A stretch of 64,000 bases of DNA. It comes from Minisyncoccota bacterium. Its GTDB lineage: Bacteria; Patescibacteriota; Minisyncoccia; Phycocordibacterales; UBA6065. Positions 18,523-28,496 of this stretch are shown here, piece by piece. The stretch spans positions 97,944-161,943 of the forward strand of contig JBAZUA010000002.1 of assembly GCA_041661645.1 (NCBI GenBank), in the 5' to 3' direction. A program made the translations under genes and the position numbers. The notes under the pieces were generated by a model that did no database searches, had not been told where the DNA came from, and saw only the letters and a program-made list of their open reading frames with translations. Within the stretch, counting starts at the first letter, position 1, and each line of letters starts with the position of its first letter.

Positions 18523-18801
18523 ATGAAGAAAGAAACACACCCAAAGAATTATCGCCCTACGATCTTCCTCGACAACTCGAGCAAGGAGCGCTTCCTCATC
18601 AGCTCTGCCGTCGTCACCAAGGAGACCGACAAGTGGACCGATGGAAAGGAGTATCCTCTCTACCATGTCGAAATCTCGAGCGCCTCACACCCTTTCTACA
18701 CCGGTAACGACACCGTTATCGACACCGCTGGACGAGTGGAGAAGTTCAAGGCCCGACAGGCGAACTCTGCCGCAAAGAAGTCTACGAAGAAAGCCGCGTA
18801 G
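18523..18801 (+). CDS. rpmE: 50S ribosomal protein L31 (type B, no zinc ribbon)
   Basis: [15 protein letters not shown]...[23 protein letters not shown] matches L31. Start at the ATG at 18523. Confidence 0.85.
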   Translation: MKKETHPKNYRPTIFLDNSSKERFLISSAVVTKETDKWTDGKEYPLYHVEISSASHPFYTGNDTVIDTAGRVEKFKARQANSAAKKSTKKAA

Positions 18802-18866
18802 CGAAGAAAAAGGCGAGGCGCCCCCAAGGGAGCCCGCCTTTTTTGCTGTATACTTGAACCACCAAA

Positions 18867-19847
18867 ATGGACATAGCCAAATACAAGAAGAATCATAAGA
18901 CCTCATATCTCGCCGATATGTACGAGAAGCTCGAGAAAGACGAGGCCGAATTGAAGGTGCTCATGGAGGCCGACGCCTCGATGAAAGAGCTTGGCGCCGC
19001 CGACCTCGAGAACATCCAGGCACAGAAGACCGATATCATCCGTCAGGTCGAGGCCATCGAGGCCGCCGACAAGCAGGAGGAGGAATTCCCGAACGAGCTC
19101 ATCATGGAAATCCGTGCTGGCGCGGGAGGCGACGAGGCGGCCCTCTTTGCCGAGGAGCTGGCGACCATGTACAAGACCTATGCCGAGGGGCAGAGCTGGC
19201 AGGTATCATACCTCGACGAGTCAAAGGCAGACGTCGGCGGCTACAAGGAAGTGTCGATGGAAATACACGGCCAGGACATCTATCGCAAGCTCCGCTACGA
19301 GACAGGCGTGCATCGCGTTCAGCGCGTGCCTTTGACCGAGAAGATGGGACGCGTCCATACCTCGACCGTCCAGATCGCCATCCTGCCGATTCGCAAGCAT
19401 ACGAGCGTCGAGATAAACCCTGCCGACCTCGAGCTCGAGTTCTCTCGAGCCGGCGGAAAAGGGGGCCAGAACGTCAACAAGGTGGAGACCGCCGTGCGAC
19501 TCTTCCACAAGCCGACGGGCCTCGCCGTCCGCGTCACCGCTGAGCGTAGCCAGCTCAAGAACCGCGAGAAGGCGATGATGATGCTCACGGCCATGATCCA
19601 GGCCAAGAAGGACGAGGAGGACGCGGCAAAGTTCGCGGCAAACAAGAAGGGTCAGCTCGGCACCGGTAGCCGCTCCGAGAAGATTCGCACCTATAACTTC
19701 CCGCAGGACCGCATCACTGACCATCGCATCGGCCAGTCATGGCACAACATCGAGACCATCCTCTCGGGCGAGAAGATCGGCAACATCATCGACACCCTGG
19801 CCAACTTCACCGGCGAGGTCGTCGAGGGCGGGGCGGATGAGGACTAA
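18867..19847 (+). CDS. prfA: peptide chain release factor 1
   Basis: GGQ motif ([19 protein letters not shown]) and [17 protein letters not shown], the RF1-type PxT tripeptide region; 326 aa. Confidence 0.85.
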   Translation: MDIAKYKKNHKTSYLADMYEKLEKDEAELKVLMEADASMKELGAADLENIQAQKTDIIRQVEAIEAADKQEEEFPNELIMEIRAGAGGDEAALFAEELATMYKTYAEGQSWQVSYLDESKADVGGYKEVSMEIHGQDIYRKLRYETGVHRVQRVPLTEKMGRVHTSTVQIAILPIRKHTSVEINPADLELEFSRAGGKGGQNVNKVETAVRLFHKPTGLAVRVTAERSQLKNREKAMMMLTAMIQAKKDEEDAAKFAANKKGQLGTGSRSEKIRTYNFPQDRITDHRIGQSWHNIETILSGEKIGNIIDTLANFTGEVVEGGADED

Positions 19848-19866
19848 GGGCCCTGTTTGGCCATAG

Positions 19867-19894
19867 TAAACGCCTCAATCGGTTGAGGCGTTTA
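19867..19894. terminator. hairpin terminator (CCTCAA-N4-TTGAGG family)
   Basis: TAAACGCCTCAA-tcgg-TTGAGGCGTTTA, 20 nt downstream of the prfA stop. Confidence 0.55.
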
Positions 19895-19956
19895 GCAGGT
19901 CTCTGTAGGGCCATAAAAAAGCGCCCTGTTGAGGACGCCTTGAAATGTTTGGAGAC

Positions 19957-20412
19957 TCACTTTTTGAAATCAAAAAGTTCCGGGAGAAACTCTGTGAATA
20001 TCGTGCAGTCTTCGAACATGCATGTGGATTTTTTCTCGCAATTTCGTAGCGTGAGTGCCGTTGGCACTTTAGGCCACTTTCTTAGATCAATCCTGAGCTC
20101 GTTCGTAAGCTTGACGATGGCGAGGTCGAGGATACCTTCTCGTCTGCCCTCGCTCGTGAACATGTTTTCTGCCAGGGCTCTGAAGACCTCTTCGCTATCA
20201 AGCCTACATCTGAGGTTTTCCCGTGCGATAGGTGTAAGTTCGAAATATATCGCGCCTTTTGTCACAGCGTTGTCGAAAAATAGTCTCGGGATGACCCTGC
20301 TTTCCTCGTCGATGAAGCATAGTGGGAAGATAAAAGTATCCTTTTTGATGGTCCCTCCGATTACTTGAATTCTGCGATTAGGTATTGCCACCGGTTTTAA
20401 TTTGAGGTTCAT
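19957..20412 (-). CDS. hypothetical protein (151 aa) in a low-GC segment
   Basis: The minus-strand ORF has more protein-like composition than the overlapping plus-strand ORF 19883..20368. No domain recognised. Confidence 0.4.
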   Translation of the reverse strand: MNLKLKPVAIPNRRIQVIGGTIKKDTFIFPLCFIDEESRVIPRLFFDNAVTKGAIYFELTPIARENLRCRLDSEEVFRALAENMFTSEGRREGILDLAIVKLTNELRIDLRKWPKVPTALTLRNCEKKSTCMFEDCTIFTEFLPELFDFKK

Positions 20413-20454
20413 TCTTTAATTACAGACTACAGGTATCCAGATAAAGCGCAAGAT

Positions 20455-20563
20455 GGCCCTCCGGCCTCCTTTCAAGGAGACTCTCGGAGCCCGACGGGGC
20501 GAGAGTGAGGGCCTTGGCCACCAGGCCAAGAGCCCGTTCTCCGCGAAAGGAGGCCTGAGGGCC
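20455..20563. repeat. palindromic intergenic repeat element, copy B (inverted relative to copy A)
   Basis: 19-nt inverted arms (20455-20473 vs 20545-20563, 18/19). The core is near-identical to the reverse complement of copy A (GAGACTCTCGGAGCCCGACGGGGCGAGAGTGAGGGCC...AGCCCGTTCTC), with compensatory stem changes. Confidence 0.7.
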
Positions 20564-20615
20564 TATATCCTTGCCTTTTAAAGCCTTATTTGGTAAGCTT
20601 TCGAAACACATATTT

Positions 20616-21347
20616 ATGATAAAAGACAAGAATTCAATCGTAGAAGCAATGTTTAAGGTCGGGGCCCACTTCGGCCTCTCCAAGTCGCGCCGACACCCAT
20701 CTACCAAGCCTTTCGTTTTCGGCATCAAGAACAAGATCGAGATCATCGACCTCGAGAAGACTCATGAGGCGCTCGAGAAGGCAAAGGCCTTCGTCGCAAC
20801 CATCGGTCAGTCAGGCAAGATGGCACTCTTCGCAGCAGGCAAGAGCGAGGCCCTTCCCGCAACTCGCGCCGCAGCCCTCAAGGCAGGTCAGCCCGTAGTC
20901 GCAGGACGATGGATCGGAGGCACCCTCACTAACTTCGTCCAGATAAGGAAGCGCGTCGAGAAGCTCGAGGGCCGAATCGTCGAGAAGGAGAAGGGTGAGC
21001 TCGTCAAATACACCAAGAAGGAGCGACTTCTCATCGATCGAGAGATCGCAAAGCTCGAGCTCCTCTTCGGGGGCATCGTCATCATGAAGGAGAAGCCCGC
21101 CGTTCTCATCGTCGTCGACCCAAAGAAGGAGATTATCGCCGTCGAAGAGGCTCGACAGAGCGGAATTCCCGTCGTCGCCATCGCAAGCACTGATTGTGAC
21201 TTCTCCCTCGTTAACTACGCCATTCCGGCAAACGACTCAAGCGCCGCGTCGATAGCGTTCTTCCTGAACGAGCTCGCCCAGGCCTATCTCGACGGAAAGG
21301 CCATGGCAGTCAAGCCGGCCACTGCCCCTACCGAGACAAAGAAATAA
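20616..21347 (+). CDS. rpsB: 30S ribosomal protein S2
   Basis: FKVGAHFG...LFAAGKS...IPVVAIASTDCDFS, characteristic S2 motifs. The start could also be the later Met. Confidence 0.85.
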   Translation: MIKDKNSIVEAMFKVGAHFGLSKSRRHPSTKPFVFGIKNKIEIIDLEKTHEALEKAKAFVATIGQSGKMALFAAGKSEALPATRAAALKAGQPVVAGRWIGGTLTNFVQIRKRVEKLEGRIVEKEKGELVKYTKKERLLIDREIAKLELLFGGIVIMKEKPAVLIVVDPKKEIIAVEEARQSGIPVVAIASTDCDFSLVNYAIPANDSSAASIAFFLNELAQAYLDGKAMAVKPATAPTETKK

Positions 21348-21415
21348 TCTGCTATACTATATGCCTGCGGGCATATAGTATTTTGCTTTTTACTTAGATA
21401 ACTCTCTCTATTCCC

Positions 21416-22000
21416 ATGAATACCACCGACCTTATCAAGGAGCTCCGAGACGCCACGGGCGTTTCCGTCATGCAGTGCAAGAAGGCCCTGGAAGAGGCCG
21501 GCGGAGACAAGGACAAGGCCCTCGTCATCCTCAAGAAGAAGGGCGCCGAGGCTGCCGCAAAGAAGGGTGACCGAACCCTCGGGGCGGGCATGATCCAGGC
21601 ATACATTCACTCTACCGGCGCCGTCGGTGTCATGATCGAGCTTGGCTGCGAGACCGACTTCGTTGCCAAGAACCCCGAGTTCAAGCAGCTCGCCTATGAC
21701 ATAGCCATGCACATTGCGGCTTCCAAGCCGGAGTTTCTCAAGAGGGAGCAGATTACCGAGGCCGACCGAGCGGTCGCTGAGTCAGTGTTCGCACAGGAGG
21801 TCGAGGGCAAGCCTGAGGCCATAAAGGCCCAGATTCTCGAGGGCAAGCTCGCCGCATACTTCTCGGATCGCGTCCTCCTCGAGCAGCCGTTCATCAAGAA
21901 CCCCGACCTCACCATCGCAGGCGTCCTTTCGGAAGGCGTCCAGAAGTTCGGCGAGAAGATAGAGATCGTCCGTTTCGTCCGATACGTTTCGGAGAAATAA
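21416..22000 (+). CDS. tsf: elongation factor Ts (short form)
   Basis: LIKELRDATGVSVMQCKKALEEAGGD, a UBA-like N-terminus, and an EF-Ts core; in the canonical rpsB-tsf arrangement. Confidence 0.85.
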   Translation: MNTTDLIKELRDATGVSVMQCKKALEEAGGDKDKALVILKKKGAEAAAKKGDRTLGAGMIQAYIHSTGAVGVMIELGCETDFVAKNPEFKQLAYDIAMHIAASKPEFLKREQITEADRAVAESVFAQEVEGKPEAIKAQILEGKLAAYFSDRVLLEQPFIKNPDLTIAGVLSEGVQKFGEKIEIVRFVRYVSEK

Positions 22001-22007
22001 ACCATTT

Positions 22008-22412
22008 ATGATACCAGAGCTTTCGATCATGACGGGATCGGCGCTCCTCATCATCGCTCTTCTGGTTCACAAGCGGCTCGAGACGAAACGGGGCGCGGTG
22101 GCCAAAGTGCATGAGCTGAGGGAGAAATTCGATCCCATACTTCGCACTGCTCACTCAAAGGTGAATGCCTTTTTTGGGCACATAACCTTTCATAACATAT
22201 CAATTGCCGCACATGATGCTGTGGTTCGCGGCGGAAAGCTTTTCATGGTACTTTTGCGCAGGACACATGCCGTGTCGTCGGTCATTGTCGAGAAGGCTTC
22301 CCGCAGGAAGGAGGACCTCTCCAAGGGCAAGGCCGCATCGTTCTATCTCAAGCAGATAGCGGATGTTAAGGAGGCTGTTGTGGAGGAGGGGAAGGGGGAG
22401 ATACAGGGATAG
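22008..22412 (+). CDS. hypothetical protein (1 TM)
   Basis: ORF directly after tsf; no recognisable domain. Confidence 0.3.
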   Translation: MIPELSIMTGSALLIIALLVHKRLETKRGAVAKVHELREKFDPILRTAHSKVNAFFGHITFHNISIAAHDAVVRGGKLFMVLLRRTHAVSSVIVEKASRRKEDLSKGKAASFYLKQIADVKEAVVEEGKGEIQG

Positions 22413-22420
22413 CGGGGATT

Positions 22421-22493
22421 GCCACCTTAGCTCATTTGGTAGAGCGCCACTTTTGTAAAGTGGATGCGCCCAGTTCGAATCTGGGAGGTGGCT
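22421..22493 (+). tRNA. tRNA-Thr (anticodon UGU), CCA not encoded
   Basis: Acceptor GCCACCT/AGGTGGC, D-arm TAGCTCATTTGGTAGAGC, anticodon stem-loop CCACT-TTTGTAA-AGTGG, T-arm CCCAGTTCGAATCTGGG. Confidence 0.85.
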
Positions 22494-22527
22494 CACACAG
22501 TCGTTTTTTGCTACTATAAGGCCTCAT

Positions 22528-23244
22528 ATGAACCCCGAAGCGCAGAAAGGCCACCTTCACCCCATAACCTCCGTCATACGCGAGATGTGCTCGATTTTCG
22601 ACGGCATGGGCTTCGCTGTCGCGTCCGGCCCCGAACTCGAGACCGAGTTCCACAACTTCGACGCCCTCAACGTGCCCGCCGATCATCCGGCCCGCGACAT
22701 GCAGGACACCTTTTGGGTCAAGACGAAGCCGGGCGAGGAGAAGAAGGTCCTTCGCACCCACACCTCGTCGGTGCAGGTCAGGTTCATGCAGTCGATCGCG
22801 GCCGACCCGAAGCCGTTCAAGGTCGTCATGCCCGGAAAGGTCTATCGCAACGAGGCAACCGATGCCACTCACGAGGCCCAGTTCCATCAGTTCGAGGGGC
22901 TGTACGTGAACAAGTCCGTGTCGCTCGCCGAGCTCAAGGGCACCCTCGAGCGATTTTTCAAAGAGTTCCTCGGTGCCGATGCCAAGCTCCGCTTCCGCTC
23001 GTCGTACTTCGGATTCGTCGAGCCGGGCGTCGAGGTAGACCTGTTCTGGAAGGGCCGCTGGCTCGAGGTCTGTGGCGCAGGCATCGTCCATCCGAACGTC
23101 ATCAGGGCGTCGGGGCTCGACCCGGCCGTCTGGAAGGGCTTTGCCTTCGGCATGGGCGTCGACCGCCTCGTCCTCATGCGCTACGGCGTCGACGACATCA
23201 GGCATCTCTATTCGGGAGACCTGCGTCTCATCAATCAATTCTAA
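22528..23244 (+). CDS. pheS: phenylalanine--tRNA ligase alpha subunit (short, catalytic core only)
   Basis: Class II aaRS motifs (HPARDMQDTF, FRSSYFGFVEPGVEVD, GAGIVHPNV). 238 aa, lacking the usual N-terminal extension. Confidence 0.85.
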   Translation: MNPEAQKGHLHPITSVIREMCSIFDGMGFAVASGPELETEFHNFDALNVPADHPARDMQDTFWVKTKPGEEKKVLRTHTSSVQVRFMQSIAADPKPFKVVMPGKVYRNEATDATHEAQFHQFEGLYVNKSVSLAELKGTLERFFKEFLGADAKLRFRSSYFGFVEPGVEVDLFWKGRWLEVCGAGIVHPNVIRASGLDPAVWKGFAFGMGVDRLVLMRYGVDDIRHLYSGDLRLINQF

Positions 23245-23259
23245 GAGCCACACATTTTC

Positions 23260-25179
23260 ATGAAAGTCTCATACGCATGGCTTCAGACATATATAAAAGA
23301 AAAGCTTCCCGAGCCATCGGACTTGGAGGGACTTTTTAGCGCGCACGCCTTTGAGGTGGAGGGCACCGAAACAGTCGGAAACGACACGGTGTTCGACATA
23401 AAGGTTCTCCCGGATCGCAGCCATTATGCCCTCTCGCATCGGGGTATTGCCCGCGAGGCCGCCGCTCTTGCGAGGCTGACCCTCACACCCGAGGAGGGCG
23501 CCGAAGTCATCGTGAACTCCGCGGTCTATCTGCCAGGCGTCAAAATAGAGACCGATTTGTGTCGCAGGTACATTGCCCGCAGGATCGACAATGTGAAGGT
23601 GGGGGAATCACCCGCATGGCTCAAAGAACATCTCGAGGCCATCGGCGCCCGCTCGATCAACAGCATCGTCGACGCCACCAACTTCGTCATGTTTGCCCTC
23701 GGTCAGCCCCTCCATGCCTTTGACGCGAACAAGGTTCAGGGCGCCATCGTCGCTCGCGTGGCCCGTGCCGACGAGAAGATAACCATACTTGATGGCAGGG
23801 AAGTCGCTCTCCTCGAAAGCGATGTCGTCATAGCGGATGACGACGGGCCCCTGGCGATCGCCGGCGTGAAGGGCGGCAAGAGGGCAGAGGTGACGGCGTC
23901 GACGGTCTCGATAATCCTCGAATCGGCCAATTTCGACCCTACGTCGGTGCGCAAGACCTCCACACGGGCAAACCTTCGTAATGACTCGTCCAAGCGCTTC
24001 GAGAATGAGATAACCCCAGAGCTCGCGGGCGAGGCGATGCAGCGCGTCACGGCCCTCATCCTCGGCCTCTGTGCCGGCTCTGGCGCGGGTGCCGCGGCGG
24101 ACGTATATCCTCATCCAGCACAGCGCCGCACGATCATCGTCGACGCTCCATACGTGAACGCGGTAACGGGGCTCTCGCTCTCGGCCGCCGACATGTCCGA
24201 CATTCTCACTCGCCTCCAATGCGAGGTCAAGGTCGCCGGCGACAGCCTTTCCATAATCCCACCATTCGATCGCCTCGATCTCGTCATACCCGAGGACATC
24301 GCCGACGAGATCGTTCGCGTCTACGGATACGACAAACTTGGATCGAAAGAGACGCCCATCATTACCCCTGTCGCCATCGACGCGGCATTCTTCTGGGCAG
24401 AGAAGGCAAAGAACATTCTCGTTCCACTCGGCTTTTCTGAGGTTATGTTGTACAGCCTTGTACCAAAAGGTGCCTTTGAGATTGCCTATCCTTTGGCGAG
24501 CGATAAATCAGCCTTGCGTGAGCGCATATCACTCAAGCTTTCCGATTCTCTCACGTTCAACGCGCGTAATGCCGAATTGCTCGGCCTCGAGACCGTGAGG
24601 ATATTCGAGATAGGCAAGGTGTTTCCAAAGGAGGGGGAGAGAATGTCCCTCTGCATAGGCGTTTCGCAGGTAAAGAAGAGGAAGGGCGTCACGTCAGAAT
24701 CTGTCTTGAAGGAGGCCGTTGCGACGTTTGAGGCATCGTTCGGCGTAAAGCTCGACGGCAAGATCGAGGTTGGACCGTTCGGCGCCCTGATCGAGGTTAA
24801 TTTCGACGCTGCTGTCTCGAAGCTCGGTTCGACGGGTTCGATCAAGCGCCTCGGCTTCACGGCTTTGTCTCACGACATCAGGTACAGGCCTTTTTCCGCA
24901 TATCCGTTCATCGTTCGCGACATCGCCCTGTTCGTCCCATCCGCCGTCGAGGAGTTGGAGGCGTCCGAGACCATACGAACTGTCCTCGCTAGCGCGGCAG
25001 GCACCCTTCTCGTCAAAGGCCCCGACTGTTTCGACCGATTCGAGAAGGACGGCAGGAAATCCCTCGGCTTCCGTATGATATTCCAATCTTTCGAGAAAAC
25101 TCTCTCGGATGAGGAGGTTGGTGCTTACATGTCAGCGCTTTACGCGGCGATATCCGCGAAAGGCTGGGAGGTTAGATAA
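23260..25179 (+). CDS. pheT: phenylalanine--tRNA ligase beta subunit (compact, 639 aa)
   Basis: N-terminus MKVSYAWLQTYI, B3/B4 and B5 regions, and a C-terminal FDRF...GKKSLGF motif; immediately downstream of pheS. Confidence 0.85.
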   Translation: MKVSYAWLQTYIKEKLPEPSDLEGLFSAHAFEVEGTETVGNDTVFDIKVLPDRSHYALSHRGIAREAAALARLTLTPEEGAEVIVNSAVYLPGVKIETDLCRRYIARRIDNVKVGESPAWLKEHLEAIGARSINSIVDATNFVMFALGQPLHAFDANKVQGAIVARVARADEKITILDGREVALLESDVVIADDDGPLAIAGVKGGKRAEVTASTVSIILESANFDPTSVRKTSTRANLRNDSSKRFENEITPELAGEAMQRVTALILGLCAGSGAGAAADVYPHPAQRRTIIVDAPYVNAVTGLSLSAADMSDILTRLQCEVKVAGDSLSIIPPFDRLDLVIPEDIADEIVRVYGYDKLGSKETPIITPVAIDAAFFWAEKAKNILVPLGFSEVMLYSLVPKGAFEIAYPLASDKSALRERISLKLSDSLTFNARNAELLGLETVRIFEIGKVFPKEGERMSLCIGVSQVKKRKGVTSESVLKEAVATFEASFGVKLDGKIEVGPFGALIEVNFDAAVSKLGSTGSIKRLGFTALSHDIRYRPFSAYPFIVRDIALFVPSAVEELEASETIRTVLASAAGTLLVKGPDCFDRFEKDGRKSLGFRMIFQSFEKTLSDEEVGAYMSALYAAISAKGWEVR

Positions 25180-25244
25180 ATAAAATATCAAAAAGGGGAT
25201 AGCGATTGTCTTGTCTCTAAGGGCAAGCTTGCTATACTTTTTAT

Positions 25245-25499
25245 ATGCTTACGGACAGGGATATAAATAAACTATTTGCCGTGTTTGCGACCAAATCTGA
25301 TTTCAGGGAACTGAAGTTGGAGGTTATCGATCTGCGTGAGACCGTAAACGGCATAGTTACTGCCCTCGATAGTCAGTCTAAAATCCTCGAGGATATGAGG
25401 ATGGAGCTTGCCTCTTCCATACAACAACTCAATCGCCATGATCGATGGATACGGACATTGGCGGATGTAACTCAGACTGTGCTTTTGATAGAGGCGTAG
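25245..25499 (+). CDS. hypothetical small protein (84 aa, coiled-coil)
   Basis: ORF in an AT-richer pocket, preceded by promoter-like TTGTCT...TATACT. Confidence 0.35.
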   Translation: MLTDRDINKLFAVFATKSDFRELKLEVIDLRETVNGIVTALDSQSKILEDMRMELASSIQQLNRHDRWIRTLADVTQTVLLIEA

Positions 25500-25605
25500 A
25501 TATAAAAATAACCCTAAAGGATAATGGGAATATAATTGCGAGCAAGCTCTTTTTCCATAAAAAAGCCGCCCTGTGATGGGCGGCTTTGGCTTTCATGGCG
25601 TGAAG

Positions 25606-25989
25606 TCAGATGATGGCCATGCTGAAACACCAATCAAGAGGCTCGATTTCCGGGTCCATCGCGTTTGCAAGCCGCTCGAGACCAGCCATCGTCCAGGGTG
25701 AGGCCAAGATATCCATTGCCCGAAGGCATGGGTTCCGAGGGGTAATCTTGATGCGGAAGTTTTCATTCTCCGCTTGGACGGTGAAGGTGCTTCCCTCATA
25801 ATCCTTTCTCACTGGCGTGGCCGAACTCGTTTTGGCGATTTGGACAAGGGCCGCATTGAGCGCCCGAAAGCCCTTGAGCGTAAGGTGGTGTTTTTGTTTC
25901 GAGGCACCTTCCTCGATGGCGATCAGGGTTTTTGACTCATGCAGGCTCAGGTTGACCTCACTCGCGGGATGTTTGGTGCGCGTTTCCAT
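25606..25989 (-). CDS. hypothetical protein (127 aa)
   Basis: Protein-like ORF; shares the bidirectional hairpin AAAGCCGCCC-tgtgat-GGGCGGCTTT at 25563-25588 with the upstream gene. Confidence 0.4.
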   Translation of the reverse strand: METRTKHPASEVNLSLHESKTLIAIEEGASKQKHHLTLKGFRALNAALVQIAKTSSATPVRKDYEGSTFTVQAENENFRIKITPRNPCLRAMDILASPWTMAGLERLANAMDPEIEPLDWCFSMAII

Positions 25990-26117
25990 GTCAGAATATT
26001 TTTTGGGTTAAAAGGGCTGTCGTTTGTGACACGTTACCATTTATTAAGTCACTGTCAAGAGGTGTTTGATACCCGAATTTGCTATAATTTACGGACTAAA
26101 ACCTTCAAAAAACCCTT

Positions 26118-28193
26118 ATGGCAAAAGACGATAACAAGAAGAGCGGTTCATACGGCGCTGAGTCCATCCAGGTGCTTGAGGGTCTCGAGCCCGTCCGAAA
26201 GCGACCGGGAATGTACATCGGTACCACGGGTCCCGACGGCTTCCATCATCTCGTGACCGAGATATTCGACAACTGTCGAGACGAGGCCATGGGCGGCCAC
26301 GCGAACGACATCGAGATCGCCCTTCTCCCGGGCGAGATCGTCCGCGTCGTCGACAACGGCCGAGGAATTCCCGTCGGCATTCACAAGCAGACAAAGGTCT
26401 CCGCTCTCGAGACTATCATGACCGTGCTCCATGCCGGAGGAAAGTTCGGCGGCGAGGATTCCGGCTACAAGGTCTCCGGAGGACTTCACGGCGTGGGCGC
26501 ATCCGTGGTGAACGCCCTTTCCATCATGTGCAAGGTCGAGGTCCATAATGACGGCGGCAAGTACATGCAGGAATACTCGCAGGGAAAGAGGAAGGCTGCC
26601 GTCAAGAAGATCGGGACGAGCAAGGCTCACGGCACGGTCGTCAGCTTCCAGCCTGACTCGATCATATTCGGACAGCAGACCTTCGACTTCCATCGCATCG
26701 TCACCCACATGCGCCAGCAGGCGTACCTCGTCCGCGGCCTTCGCATCTCCGTCATCGACGCGCGCGGGTATACGGGCAAGATAGACACTGACGACATCGT
26801 CTATTTCCGCGAGCTCGGCATAAACGCCCCATCCCACTCATTTTATTTCGAGGGAGGCCTCGTCTCGCTCGTCCGTTTCAACAATGCCAACCAGAAGCCT
26901 GTTCACAAGAATATCTTCTATGTCGAGAAGGGTGCCGAGGGCGTCGAGTCAGTCGAGATCGCGCTTCAATATGTCGATGACATAACGTCCCGCATACTGG
27001 CCTTCGCGAATAATATCCACACTCCCGAGGGCGGAACCCACATCACGGGCTTCAAGACCGCGCTCACCCGAACCATCAACGCCTACGCCCGCAAGAACAA
27101 CCTGGTGAAGGACAGCGAGGACAATTTCACGGGCGACGACGTGCTCGAGGGCCTCACCGCCGTCATCTCCGTAAAGCTTCGGGAGATTCAGTTCGAGGGT
27201 CAGACCAAGGCCAAGCTCGGCTCCGTCGAGGCACAGTCGGCAACCGCCACCGTCTTCGGTGAGGCCTTCAACCTCTTCATGGAGGAGAATCCCGAGGATG
27301 CCAAGGCCATGGTGTCCAAGTCTATCCTTGCCCTCAAGGCGCGAAAGGCGGCCAAGGCCGCAAAGGACTCGATACTCCGAAAGGGCGCCCTTGAGGGAAT
27401 GACCCTTCCAGGAAAGCTCGCCGACTGCGAGTCGAGCGATGCCTCCGAGTCCGAGGTCTTCATCGTGGAGGGAGACTCCGCAGGCGGTACCGCAAAGACC
27501 GGACGAAACCGCAAGACCCAGGCAGTGCTCCCGCTCCGAGGAAAGATCCTCAACATCGAGAGGGCCCGCCTCGACAAGATGCTCGCATCCGAGCAGATCA
27601 AGAACCTCGTGGTCGCCATGGGAACGGCGATAGGCGAGACCTTCGACATCACCAAGCTCCGCTATCACAAGGTCATCATCGCGACCGACGCGGACGTCGA
27701 CGGCGCGCACATCAGGACGCTCATACTCACCCTGCTCTATCGATACTTCAAGCCTTTGATTGACGGCGGGTATATCTATATCGCCCAGCCGCCTCTGTAC
27801 AAGGTAAAGAGGGGCAAGGAAGTCATGTACTTCTATTCCGAGGAGGAGAAGACAAAGGTGCTCGGAAAGGACGAATTGCCTTTGGACGCCGAGATCGTCA
27901 CCGACGAGGCCGCCGCGGAGGCGGAGGAGGTTGACGCCACCGAAGAGGGGGCAGGCAAGGGCGCAAAGAAGGTCCAGAAGCTCCATGTTCAGCGATACAA
28001 GGGTCTCGGAGAGATGAACTCTGACGAGCTCTGGGAGACGACCATGGACCCTGCCCGAAGGCTTCTCAAGCAGGTGACCATCGACGACGCCCAGGATGCC
28101 GACAAGGTGTTCGACATGCTCATGGGCACCGACGTGCCGGCCCGTAAGTCATTCATACAGTCAAATGCGCACAAGGCGACGATTGACGTGTAG
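26118..28193 (+). CDS. gyrB: DNA gyrase subunit B (type IIA topoisomerase ATPase subunit; ParE not excluded)
   Basis: GHKL ATPase (GLHHLV.EI.DN..DE), transducer, and Toprim (EGDSAGG...DADVDGAHI) with the tail QRYKGLGEMN. 691 aa. Confidence 0.8.
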   Translation: MAKDDNKKSGSYGAESIQVLEGLEPVRKRPGMYIGTTGPDGFHHLVTEIFDNCRDEAMGGHANDIEIALLPGEIVRVVDNGRGIPVGIHKQTKVSALETIMTVLHAGGKFGGEDSGYKVSGGLHGVGASVVNALSIMCKVEVHNDGGKYMQEYSQGKRKAAVKKIGTSKAHGTVVSFQPDSIIFGQQTFDFHRIVTHMRQQAYLVRGLRISVIDARGYTGKIDTDDIVYFRELGINAPSHSFYFEGGLVSLVRFNNANQKPVHKNIFYVEKGAEGVESVEIALQYVDDITSRILAFANNIHTPEGGTHITGFKTALTRTINAYARKNNLVKDSEDNFTGDDVLEGLTAVISVKLREIQFEGQTKAKLGSVEAQSATATVFGEAFNLFMEENPEDAKAMVSKSILALKARKAAKAAKDSILRKGALEGMTLPGKLADCESSDASESEVFIVEGDSAGGTAKTGRNRKTQAVLPLRGKILNIERARLDKMLASEQIKNLVVAMGTAIGETFDITKLRYHKVIIATDADVDGAHIRTLILTLLYRYFKPLIDGGYIYIAQPPLYKVKRGKEVMYFYSEEEKTKVLGKDELPLDAEIVTDEAAAEAEEVDATEEGAGKGAKKVQKLHVQRYKGLGEMNSDELWETTMDPARRLLKQVTIDDAQDADKVFDMLMGTDVPARKSFIQSNAHKATIDV

Positions 28194-28272
28194 GGTTTGA
28201 GTGAAATATGAAATAAAAAAACGCCTCGGATTGAGTCCGGGGCGTTTGTTTGATGGTGAGGGGACACCCTTT

Positions 28273-28470
28273 TTACTTAAGGTATACGATATATTCGTTG
28301 CCTCCGTGCTCGAGGCTTCCTGCCAGCGCCATGCCTTTCTTTCGGTTGACGTGGGCGGGGGAGTCCTTGAGGAACACGACATAGTCCTCGGTCTCAAGCA
28401 TCCCCTCGGTGTTCATTGATCCCTTGATGAGGGCCAGGCGAATGTCCGACCCTTGGTTTCTGGTAATCAT
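28273..28470 (-). CDS. hypothetical small protein (65 aa)
   Basis: Last gene of the minus-strand thrS / kinase-like unit; no domain recognised. Confidence 0.3.
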   Translation of the reverse strand: MITRNQGSDIRLALIKGSMNTEGMLETEDYVVFLKDSPAHVNRKKGMALAGSLEHGGNEYIVYLK

Positions 28471-28496
28471 ACTTTTATATTATATCATAATAAATC

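Noticed and set aside
19883-20368. 161-aa plus-strand ORF overlapping the 19957..20412 minus-strand gene
   Set aside because: Ser/Leu/Arg-heavy antisense-like composition. The minus-strand frame looks more protein-like, though neither has a known domain.
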